NCBI GenBank assembly: GCA_963833125.1 | Contig: CAWHWX010000032.1 | Location: 16,187 to 80,186, forward strand | DNA from: Candidatus Bathyarchaeota archaeon | GTDB taxonomy: Archaea > Thermoproteota > Bathyarchaeia > 40CM-2-53-6 | Length of the DNA: 64,000 bases | Direction of reading: 5' to 3' | Shown here: in pieces, positions 54,694 to 64,000 of the stretch | How the letters are laid out: every line of letters starts with the position of its first letter | Position numbering within the stretch: position 1 is the first letter of the stretch | Notes under the pieces: model-generated | What the model was told of the DNA's origin: nothing | Database searches by the model: none | The model's input: only the letters and a program-made list of their open reading frames with translations | Program-made: the position numbers and the translations under genes

Positions 54694-56196
54694 ATGGCAA
54701 TTCTTTCTGAGGTTCTATACAAACCCGATCCACTCCCACTACTAATCGACGGAGAATGGGTGAAATCGGATTCCACTGAATATTTGCCGGTAGTGAATCC
54801 TGCAACCGGAAAAATCTTATCAAAAGTTCCTTTTGCATCTAAGGATGAGGTTGACCACGTGGCTGTCTGTCTGCAACGTGCATTCGAAAAATGGAAGGAT
54901 GTCTCAGTTAGTGAAAGAGTACAGTACTTGTTCAGAATGAAAAATGTGTTTGAGGAACATTCTGAGGAGCTCGCACGTGTCAATACTCAGAACCATGGTA
55001 AGACAGTGATCGAGAGTCGGGGGGACATTAGGCGGGCAATAGAGAGCATTGAAGCCGCGATAGGGGCCGGTCTTATCCTCTCTAAAGGAGAACATCTCGA
55101 TCAAATAGCGCCCGGAATCGATGAAGGTACCGTTAAGGAACCACTTGGCGTATTTGCTGTAATAAGCCCTTTCAACTTCCCAATAATGTTGCCTTTTTGG
55201 TTCGTGCCCTTCGCTATCGTACTTGGATGTACAGTGATCCTGAAACCCAGCGAGTTGACACCAATGCCTCTAGCCTTTGCGGTTGATCTCCTGCAGAAAG
55301 AAGTTGGATTACCACCAGGGGTACTTAATCTCGTCCACGGGAGCAGGGAGACGGTAGAGTCTCTGATCGTCCATCCCGTCGTGAAAGGCGTTACTTTTGT
55401 CGGTTCGACCGCGGTTGGCCGGCGGGTGTACAAACTAGCTGGCGAGCATGGAAAGCGAGCGATAGTTCAAGCAGGCGCAAAGAATTCGGTGGTCATAATG
55501 CCTGATGCCGATATTCCATCCACGATTGAGTCGTGTGTTTCATCATCCTTTGGGAACGCAGGTCAGAGATGCCTTGCGGGGGCAAATCTGATAGTAGCTA
55601 AAGAGATACATGGGAAATTGCTGGATAAGCTCACAATGCGAACCGAGACCATAAGAATGGGCTATGGCCTTGACGAGGCAACCGAAATGGGGCCTCTGGT
55701 CTCAGACAAGGCAAGAGACAAAGTTGTGCAATACATCGGCAAGGGAGCCTCAGAAGGAGCAGACTTGGTGCTAGACGGTAGAGAACGCATTGCGAGAGGT
55801 TATGAAAACGGCTACTTCCTCGGACCAACGATTTTCGACGGTGTCGAAGGGGATATGACAATTGCAAAAGAAGAAATTTTCGGCCCAGTTGCGAGCATTA
55901 TGGAGGTTGCGGACCTTGATGAGGCTATCCATTTCATTAACCACGGTACAAACTACGGTAACGCTGCAAGCATATTCACTCGCAGCGGTGCGTACGCAAG
56001 AGAATTTCGACGAAGAGTTTTGGCTGGAAATATCGGCATAAATGTTGGGGTGGCTGCTCCCCTAGCCTATTTTCCCTTCGGAGGTATGCGTGATTCATTT
56101 TTTGGCGTTCTTCATGGCCAGATTGAGTCAGTTGATTTCTTCACAGATCGTAAGGTCATCATAAGCAGATGGGGAAGCACTAGGGGTAGCGGCTAG
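54694..56196 (+). CDS. mmsA: CoA-acylating methylmalonate-semialdehyde dehydrogenase
   Basis: PFNFPIM, FVGST, GAKN, FGNAGQRCLA, GINVGVAAP and SFFG.LHGQ motifs. Confidence 0.88.
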   Translation: MAILSEVLYKPDPLPLLIDGEWVKSDSTEYLPVVNPATGKILSKVPFASKDEVDHVAVCLQRAFEKWKDVSVSERVQYLFRMKNVFEEHSEELARVNTQNHGKTVIESRGDIRRAIESIEAAIGAGLILSKGEHLDQIAPGIDEGTVKEPLGVFAVISPFNFPIMLPFWFVPFAIVLGCTVILKPSELTPMPLAFAVDLLQKEVGLPPGVLNLVHGSRETVESLIVHPVVKGVTFVGSTAVGRRVYKLAGEHGKRAIVQAGAKNSVVIMPDADIPSTIESCVSSSFGNAGQRCLAGANLIVAKEIHGKLLDKLTMRTETIRMGYGLDEATEMGPLVSDKARDKVVQYIGKGASEGADLVLDGRERIARGYENGYFLGPTIFDGVEGDMTIAKEEIFGPVASIMEVADLDEAIHFINHGTNYGNAASIFTRSGAYAREFRRRVLAGNIGINVGVAAPLAYFPFGGMRDSFFGVLHGQIESVDFFTDRKVIISRWGSTRGSG

Positions 56197-56633
56197 ACTG
56201 GAAGATGGAGCTGACATAATACCAGTCAAACCTCGAAGAGGGTGTCCCGACCCTCACTAGGCGACACACGTACTGAACTTGGCGTCGGGAGAAAGGTTGG
56301 TTGCCTCGTGAGACAACAGATGCTGATGCGTGTTATTTCGTTGATGCTGCCGGTAACCGTTACCTCCGATTTTTCGTCTCAACTAATCTGCTCGAATCTT
56401 GGGCATAAGAACAATGTCGTAATTGAGGACATTTGTTAGCAGGCCAACCTACCTTGGGTAGCTCATCATTCGCTACAGAAATACGCTAAAGGAATCTCGA
56501 CCCCGCTCTAGCGATACCGCCTGACGGCCTGGGGAAGTCATGTTTTTCCGAGTTCACCTGAATGTCTTCGAACCTAAGCCGTAACACGATTAAATTTTCA
56601 GGATTCTCATCTTTTTCAGCTACTCAATAATTC

Positions 56634-57148
56634 CTAGCGAACTGGTTTGGACAGAACGATCTGTTTGATGTCGGGTAGTTCTATTCGCGGATCCTCTTTG
56701 ACAACTCTCGCTACCACCTGGGTGCTAGTCTGACTCGATGCCTGCCATATTAATAATAGAATCAAGCTTCTGCACATAGTCCTGCCTGTTCTTCGCTCTG
56801 ATCAAGACAACAAAATCCATATCGCCGAGAACGAAGTACACTGATCCGACACCAGGTAGATGAGCTAATCTGCGGCCCACCTTCTTCGTGATATCCTGGT
56901 CCATATCTTGCCCTAACTAATACTATTGCGAGGTAGTCATATCCCAACCGAGAGGCATTGACCTTCGCATGATAACCTTCAAGGACACCACTGTCCTCAA
57001 GTTTCCTTACCCGATAGTGTACTGTTGACTTAGGAATCCCAAGCTTTTCGGCCAACTGATGAAGGGGCATCCTGCAATCGCGCTGCAACGCCCGGAGAAG
57101 TTTTCTATCAATGGCATCCAATTGCTCTTCGGAGGACATAACCTTCAC
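56634..57148 (-). CDS. Lrp/AsnC transcriptional regulator, frameshifted
   Basis: LDAIDRKLLRALQRDCR...STVHYRVRKLEDSGVL; tail VVARVVKE. Confidence 0.88.
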
Positions 57149-57328
57149 AACTGTGTTATGTTAGCGTTTGCTTAACAAATTTCCTGTTTCTACTTACATA
57201 CCCAAGCATTTCACTCGCATCATCAATGGACAACCTTAAGACAGCTTCGGAAAGAATGCTGGCAACTCTGGCTCACTGAAAGCTAGGAGCGATTAGACTA
57301 ACGCGGACTAGTGAAGTTTGAAATCGAA

Positions 57329-58401
57329 TCAAACGCGCATAAGACTCTCGACATCGAGTCCGTACTCTTTGCAGGCCTGCATCAGAGGTTGCCAAGCTTT
57401 CTCAGAGATCGGTATCCCGTCCCTTAATCTCCTTTCACGCTCATTACTCTCCGGCTCACCCCGGGATCAGAATCTCCTTGACACCTTCAGCCTTCGGGGA
57501 ATTCTTAACCGATTTTACAAGCTTGTCGGCTTGATGCTTGAAATCCTCCAGCGGAACGAAATTGTCAATCTTCAGAGCCATCATGAAGACTCCATTAGTT
57601 AACCACCCTGACGTCATATCTTGGCTGCTGCCCGCTCCGTAAGGACGCCAGCCAGCATGTCAACAACCAAACCCAGACCATACCCCTTGTAACCTCCAAA
57701 TGGCAGCAAGGCTCCTCCCAGCTTAATGCGCTCAGGAGGCAGCGGTGGTTCGTACAGATCTGCCGGGTTTGTGGATGAGGGCCATGGGAGTCGACGATCC
57801 ACCCAGATGGCAATTGTTCTCCTCTGAAGAGAGCTGCCCGAACTTTACCCTCTGCTGCCGCACTTGTCGCATAGTCGACGACAACAGCCTTCTGGTGACC
57901 TGCGGGAATTGCGTAAGAGAGCGGGTTTGTGCCTAAAACCGGAGTTCTTCCCCCGTATGGTGCGACGTATGGTTCGCAGTTGGCCGTGATGAAACCAATC
58001 ATCCCGCTAGCTGCTGCCATCTGGGCGTATTCTGCCAATCGCCCTATGTGATTGCAATTGAAAACACCAACCGCCCCAACTCCCGTTCTCCCAGCCTTAT
58101 CGATTGCGACTTCCATCGCCTTTGAACAAGCCATTTGACCGAAGCCCCATTTTCCATCAACAAGCGCAGTGGAGGGACTATCAGCTCTAACCTCAATCTT
58201 TGCTCGTGGCTTGATAGTGCCGCTTCGAACACCTTGAAGGTAGATGATCAGGTTTGGAGTAACGCCGTGTGAATCCACTCCTGCCAAATTTGCGTTGACC
58301 AGAAACCTGGTGACCATTTCCGCCTCTTCGTCGGAAGCGCCCGCAGCTTTGAGAAGATTCTGGGAGATGAGGGTTAATTGTGTATTTGTAATGGTAGGCA
58401 A
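57329..58401 (-). CDS. Ldh_2-family dehydrogenase, frameshifted
   Basis: GVDSHGV, HIGRL, LGTNPL and PFGGYKGYGL motifs. Confidence 0.88.
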
Positions 58402-58593
58402 GAATAACTACCCTTTGACGTGTACGGAGGTGATAGCGGCTTAAAGCCTACTTCTCGAGGGACTTGAGGAATACAAATCTGAACAGGACTGTAGTCTGAG
58501 AAGATCCCGCCATATGAGTAAATACTTAGATGCGTTCCATGCGGTCCCGGGTCGATTTACTTTCAAAGATGGACCCTGAACATCTGAGAGGGT

Positions 58594-58726
58594 GGAGCGC
58601 AGAAATTTTCAGACCAATGACAGATAGTGTGGCACAATCAGAGTCATAGCACTCAACTAACTTGACGGATAATCTGGTAAATTACACTTAATCAACGCGT
58701 TCCCAATGAGACTCTGGCAACCGACA
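58594..58726 (+). repeat. Decayed internal copy of the distal transposon end
   Basis: Colinear with 63791-63925: TGACAGATAGTGTGGCA (58618), TGACGGATAATCTGGTA (58663), terminus CTCTGGCAACCGACA. Confidence 0.8.
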
Positions 58727-58746
58727 ACTGAATTGAATTGATCCAG

Positions 58747-59940
58747 ATGCGAGTCATAATAGTAGGTGCAGGCGTCACTGGACTGTTCACGGCTTACTAT
58801 ATGCTCAAGCACGGTCACTCAGTAACCCTCATCGATCGAAAGGACGGAAATTGCGTGTCGCTCTGGAACGCTGGCCTCATCACACCCTCGACGGCGCTCG
58901 CCCCGACGATGGGCATGTCAACGATTTTGTCTCAAATTCTTGGAGCAAGAGGTCCTATTCGAATTTCGCCGATTGAAATTATTACAAACTTAAGATGGTT
59001 TTCGATTGCCCTTAGGAAGGGTCTCACAGGACAAGAAGAGAGAATCTTACAACTCGGTCAAAGAAGTCTACAGATGTACTCTGAATTATTTGATGAAGAG
59101 TCCATTGAAGTCGATCTAAGAGAAGGCTTAGTTGATCTCTTCATGAGTCAGGCTGAGGCGAAAGCGACCGCAATGATAACCAACGGTCGATTTCTTGACC
59201 AAGAGGAGGCGAGTGAGATTGGATTTACAGACGTGGGGGGTGGTGTATTTCTCGATAGGGAATTTTCTTTGAATCCTGTGAAACTTCTGTACGAGTTGAG
59301 TCAAACAATAGCGAGACGGGGTGCTAGACTCGAAGTCGGGCAGCAGGTTCAAGTGAACTCCGAAGGCGACTCAATAGTGTCGGTCTCCGTCAATCAACAA
59401 AGAATTGTCGGCGACAAATACATCCTCACAGCGGGTCCCTGGAGCAGACAGATCTGCAAAACGCTAGGTTACGATCCGCCAATACTGCCGGCTAGGGGAC
59501 TAGTGATTTTATTTGCAACAAATGGTGAGGAGATAGTAAGAAACCCAGTTTTCTTCGAAGACTACGGGATGGGGATCGCCCAGCATGATCCGAATACGCT
59601 GAGAGTCACAGGGTTCTTTGAACTCGTCGGTTTCGAAGATAGCTACAGCACATCCCGGAAAGCGTGGCTACTCGACACTCTTAAAAAACACTTGAGGAAA
59701 TGCGTGACGCTGCGTTACCTTAGTGAAGGTGTGGGATACAGGCCGTGCACACCCGATCAATTACCAATTATCGGGGCAGTTCCGAAGTTCACAAACCTGT
59801 TCATGGCTTCCGGAAATTGCCGACTTGGTATGACTCTTGCTCCTGCCACCGCCGAAATTCTTTGTCACCTGCTTGAGGGCGGAACCATGCTCGATAGATG
59901 GGACGACTTCTCTCCGCTGAGGTTCTCGAATGCTATTTGA
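58747..59940 (+). CDS. D-amino acid dehydrogenase-family FAD oxidoreductase
   Basis: IVGAGVTG, SLWNAG, GYRPCTPDQLPIIG and LGMTLAPAT motifs. Confidence 0.9.
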   Translation: MRVIIVGAGVTGLFTAYYMLKHGHSVTLIDRKDGNCVSLWNAGLITPSTALAPTMGMSTILSQILGARGPIRISPIEIITNLRWFSIALRKGLTGQEERILQLGQRSLQMYSELFDEESIEVDLREGLVDLFMSQAEAKATAMITNGRFLDQEEASEIGFTDVGGGVFLDREFSLNPVKLLYELSQTIARRGARLEVGQQVQVNSEGDSIVSVSVNQQRIVGDKYILTAGPWSRQICKTLGYDPPILPARGLVILFATNGEEIVRNPVFFEDYGMGIAQHDPNTLRVTGFFELVGFEDSYSTSRKAWLLDTLKKHLRKCVTLRYLSEGVGYRPCTPDQLPIIGAVPKFTNLFMASGNCRLGMTLAPATAEILCHLLEGGTMLDRWDDFSPLRFSNAI

Positions 59941-60002
59941 TTGGAGTTATACAATAATGCGAAGGTAAGTCTCAATTAGCTGACGTCAGTACTCATTGAA
60001 GA

Positions 60003-61125
60003 CTAGCTCATCCACCAATCCATTCTGCATTTGGTGAGCGTTTCGCAACCGCCCTCTGTCACCAGAACCATATCTTCCAGCCTAAAGGTCCCTTCCGGAA
60101 CAGTGAAACTCGGTTCCACGCAGAGTATCATGTTCTTCTCCAAGCGTACATCGGACGTTTCGTCGAGGGCAGGATATTCGTGCATTTCCAGGCCGTTGCC
60201 GTGACCAGATGCCGTCCAGCCCCCATGTTTTTCGTATCCCGCTTCCTGGATCGCTTTCTTGCCTATACGGTGTAGCTCTGAGCATTTCATTCCGGGGCGA
60301 ATTGCAGCGATAGTTTGTTTGAGATTTTCCGCCTCGAATTCGAGTAACTCACGCTGCGTTTTCGTTGGTTTACCGGCCACCTTCATCCGAGTGATGTCAC
60401 CGCGATATCCCTGATAGGCCCCGCCCATGTCAAGGAGACACAGATCGCCCTCTTTCAATACCTTGTTTGTTGGTAGTGGCGCAACTAGCTGCGTTCTGCT
60501 CCCAGATCCGAATTCTGATACGAACGACAATTGGCCTCCGTTTAACAGAACGGTCGACTCTGCGGCCGACGAGTATCTCCCACTCCTTTTTCCAGTCTCT
60601 ACCGCCTCCATCCCTGCTTTGAGAGCCATATCCGATATTCCTGCCGCGTTTCTCATCAGCGTGACTTCAGTCGGGCTTTTCTACCACTCTCATCTCGTCC
60701 ACTATTTTCGTCGCTGCGAAACTTACATCGGGTAATTGCTTCTTTAGGGCAAGAAAGACCGGTGCCGGGAAATAATTCCATCCGGCTATTCCAACACTTC
60801 CGCGGCTCACTTTGGACTGAGTCAGAATATTGGCAACTCCCAGCGCAAGATCTGAGGACACCTTGACCTCCAAGGGGCATGTCTCCCGAGCCCTATACTC
60901 GTCCCATGCGGAATCGGTTAGCATCAAACTTGAGTCTTTTGTGATCACCACGATCGTTTGCTCTCTTTCTTTTCCAAAGAAGTTTGCAAAGTATAACACA
61001 TTGCCTGGAAGATACTGGCGGTTAGATGAATAGGCTATCAGAGCTTCAAGGTTTGAAGTCTCAATTCTTTCCCTAGCGGTGTCAATTCGTCTTTCAAACT
61101 CATCATGTCCGATTTCCCCTGACAT
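60003..61125 (-). CDS. M24 (Xaa-Pro peptidase-like) hydrolase, frameshift near 60665
   Basis: LDMGG...GDITR, GHGNGLEMHE, VEP and RLEDMVLVT motifs. Confidence 0.88.
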
Positions 61126-61160
61126 TAGTTCTGCCTCTGTCCGCGGAAAGCTTGAAATTC

Positions 61161-62823
61161 CTATTCAGGAGGAATGGTCTTGTAAAGTAGTTCCATGTCG
61201 ACACCGTGGCTCATACGATAGTGTTTCACGGCGTAGTAAATTATGGAACCAGCAATGATCGCGATAATTCCGTACGAAATTCCGGTCGAGTCGGCATAGC
61301 TAACGAAAGCCTGTGTCGAAGTGATGCTGATCGTCGTCATCGTATATGCTACAAACAATCCCATACCTCCCACAAGGAACGCCAACCAGAGCACGGCCAT
61401 CAAGACCACGGCGGGAACTCCAGCGACCTTTTTCAACCACCACCCTTTTGGCGCATTCTCGAATTGGTCTGGCCTTCTCCTCTTGAGAAGTAATACGTTA
61501 ACAGCCGGAAAGAAGATGGAAGGCAGGAGCAGTATTACACCCCAATAGACAAGCGTCGACCGGACTCAATCCCAGAACTTGAGCAGCATAGAGCCCGTAA
61601 GTAAGAAGCACTATGAAGACAGTAGCTTTTACAGGAGTACTTCTCTTCTCATCTACTGAAGAAAACCAATTTGGCAACATCCTGTCCATCGAAAAGGCGA
61701 AGAGAAGATGCGTTACCATTGTGATCTCTGGAATAGTGTTCGCGAGGTTCAGGAAGCATAACGCTAAGATCCCAAGAATCATTGCTATCACCGCTATTCC
61801 GGGGTTTGCAAGTGCTAGGAGTATGGGAAGCATGGGAGGCAGACCCAAAGGTGTCTTCGCCGAACCGCTCAAGTAAAGAAAACTCCAAGCATTGACAAAG
61901 TTGTACCCAACTCCGTAGATGAATGGTACCCAGAGTAATCCAGCCAGCACCATCACGAGCACTATACCGGTAATTTCTGAGATTAGGAGATTTCTTGAGA
62001 CGTTTCCCTTGATCTCTCCGGCTAGATAGGTCTTGTTCTGAAAGCCAGTATAGAAAAATAGTCCATTAAATATCAACCCGCCCCAACTCAACGCGGTATA
62101 GGAGGCCGGACTCCATCCCGCAGCGTTTGCATTGCTGATTACCTGAGTCTTCGTTACTCCAGCCACACTCATCAGATTTTGATCGATATTATTAGTTCCC
62201 GATGCCAAGAACAAGGCAAGCAAGAGAAAGGCTGCCGCCAGAGAGGCTAGGCCAAGAATTGTGTTGGTTTTGAGCCACGTGCGAGTAGGTCTCAGTCCTA
62301 CCACGTAGAGAAGAAAGATCAAGACTGGTATGCCTGTTATGAATAGCCCGGGTATCGATAGAATCCAGTTTCCTACTGTTGAAAGAGTTCCTCCGTTTGG
62401 CATGAACGAACCTATTCCAAGCGAAACTCCAAACAGATACACTGCATAGTAGAAATTGAACTCGGTGAACGTTAGCCAGGCCAGCAGTGCGGTCCATCCT
62501 TCAATGAATCCCAAATAGGGAGTGAGTATTCTGCTCGTGAACACGTAATCGCCACCGCTGCGTGGCATGACACCCGAAAGGAACGCATACTGCGGAGCCA
62601 AACACAGGAACATCACTCCTGAAAGCAAGATTGCCCAAGAGTATACTGGGAGTGGCCCGAGAAGATCTACCGGATAGAGTACCAAATATATTATCGGAAC
62701 CGCTACATATGAGCCGGCAACGCACGTGAAGGCATACATTGCCGCATTGAATGGGCCTATCTCCTTAACGAGTCCCGTGGCATCACGTGTAAATACCGGG
62801 TAAGTCCGTTTCGCCAAAAGCAT
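61161..62823 (-). CDS. APC-family amino acid permease, frameshift near 61550
   Basis: FTRDATGLVKEI, MPRSGGDYVF, FAFSMDRMLP; terminal IPPE. Confidence 0.9.
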
Positions 62824-62973
62824 CCGCCGTAAGAATGAATCTGTATATATTTAAAATATTATCATGTTAGGTATTTTCCGATGAGTGAAATTCAATGAAC
62901 GGCCTGTAAGGCGATGTTCAACCTCAAGGATCGATTATCGTTGGCTAGTTGAAATACACTCATGTTAAGTAGG

Positions 62974-63687
62974 TTAGCAGGTCAGTAGCTTTCCAAATCC
63001 GCTAATCCGTTCATGTAGCCCAGCTTTTCGTAGGGCGTCCCAAATTGTGGCTTGATTGCTGGTTATTACTGGTTTTCCAAGGTCACGCTCCAGGATGTCG
63101 AGGATCTCGATTGTTCGGAAATTAGTACAACTTATGAAAACGCCATCATTCTCCGAACTGTCAACGCTCTTTGCAACTTGATATGCATCCTCTGGTCGCA
63201 ATCTGCCGATATCCGAATCCTGTCCGATTCCAAGCCCCTTGATGTTGGTTACCGTGAACCCATGCTCATCGAAGAACTTCTTGACAATGTCGTTGATATC
63301 ATCGGTGTAGGGTGTCGCAATTGCGACCCTCTTCATATCCAATATCTTGAGCGCATTCCGAATTGCTGTCGCTGTTGTCGTTGCCTTCGACCCAACAGCG
63401 GATTCCATCTTCTGAATCATCTGTTGATCGTATGCATCTCCTTTCATGAAACTCCCGATCGTACAGCAGAAGCATACAACATCGGGCTTCAACACAGCCA
63501 ACATCTTGCAAGCTCCCTCGGCTTCATCAGAAAGCCCTGCCAAGCTGGCCTCGTCAACGGTACCCGGAAACCACATTCTCGTAAAGTGAATCGAGACCCC
63601 TTCCGGGAGCATTTCTGGAAACTCATGCTCAGGCGTCGTGTCAGGGGCCACAAGCAAAGCCCCAATCTTCGCTCTCCAACCCAACAT
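62974..63687 (-). CDS. Maleate cis-trans isomerase / Asp-Glu racemase family (EutA-like)
   Basis: MLGWRAKIG start; FCCT and FISCTNF Cys pair; GKPVITSNQA. Confidence 0.9.
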   Translation of the reverse strand: MLGWRAKIGALLVAPDTTPEHEFPEMLPEGVSIHFTRMWFPGTVDEASLAGLSDEAEGACKMLAVLKPDVVCFCCTIGSFMKGDAYDQQMIQKMESAVGSKATTTATAIRNALKILDMKRVAIATPYTDDINDIVKKFFDEHGFTVTNIKGLGIGQDSDIGRLRPEDAYQVAKSVDSSENDGVFISCTNFRTIEILDILERDLGKPVITSNQATIWDALRKAGLHERISGFGKLLTC

Positions 63688-63814
63688 AATGCTATGCCTA
63701 CCGAGAATCCTCAGAACGAGGCTTAATGGTTTACCGTCCAAGGAAGGGTTGATACGCCCGGCGCCATGCTGCGATCGTATGTCCTCCGGGGGAGCTTCGG
63801 CATTTTCAGGCCGA

Positions 63815-63925
63815 TGACAAATAGTGCGACACAATCCTAGTCATACCACTAACCTGATGACAGATAGTCTGGCAAATTTCCGCTAACGAAGCCATTTCGA
63901 ATGACAATTACTTTGGCAATCGACA
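63815..63925 (-). repeat. Distal transposon end with three widely spaced TnsB-type sites
   Basis: TGACAAATAGTGCGACA (63815), TGACAGATAGTCTGGCA (63858), TGACAATTACTTTGGCA (63902), then ATCGACA terminus. Confidence 0.85.
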
Positions 63926-63930
63926 GCATT
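63926..63930 (+). repeat. Target-site duplication GCATT (distal copy)
   Basis: Directly follows terminal ACA; identical to 18600-18604. Confidence 0.85.
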
Positions 63931-64000
63931 CGCAGTCCGATCTCTGTCGCCGAGATGTGATGACGATAGCAACCCAGCGAGAGCTTAAGAGGCCTTTGTT

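Larger units (their letters stand above)
18605..63925 (+). mobile_element. Tn7-like transposon, 45,321 bp, inserted downstream of tRNA-Thr
   Basis: tnsA/B/C plus two tniQ; termini TGTAGATT.../...AATCGACA; three 17-bp repeats per end; 5-bp TSD. Confidence 0.88.

Noticed and set aside
56197-56633. Further relic transposon end or ncRNA in the long intergenic gap
   Set aside because: Only one weak TGACA-like box (~56212) with no consistent spacing or terminus
63052-63726. 224-aa + strand ORF and similar antisense ORFs (e.g. 1831..2346, 14295..14864, 46801..47337)
   Set aside because: Shadow frames of well-supported genes on the opposite strand, with no recognisable motifs
63688-63834. 49-aa N-terminal extension of ORF 62974..63834
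   Set aside because: Family similarity starts at MLGWRAKIG (63687) and the extension overlaps the transposon end

Overview
The window is archaeal, probably TACK/Bathyarchaeia-like (inferred from TBP, uL3, a two-intron tRNA and PEF-CTERM-type anchors). Many genes carry indels, so some frameshifts may be assembly errors. It has three parts. (1) 1-12.8 kb is an accessory hotspot. It holds six secreted proteins sharing a 'PIPEYPLG-TM-RRR' anchor and conserved flanks, degenerate tRNA-Leu-like 3' ends and probable integrase-tail relics. (2) 12.8-18.6 kb holds rpl3, a Cas4-like nuclease, redox genes and tRNA-Thr(CGT). (3) 18605-63925 is the main result: an apparently complete 45.3-kb Tn7-like transposon inserted 21 bp downstream of tRNA-Thr. 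It has TGT...ACA termini, a 5-bp GCATT target-site duplication and asymmetric arrays of three 17-bp TnsB-type sites at each end. It encodes tnsABC and two TniQ/TnsD proteins, one abutting a solo Cas4-like nuclease. I saw no CRISPR array or Cascade genes. It also carries a Dcm/Vsr/GHKL-nuclease module, ~29 kb of catabolic/transport cargo and a decayed internal copy of the distal end at 58594-58726.
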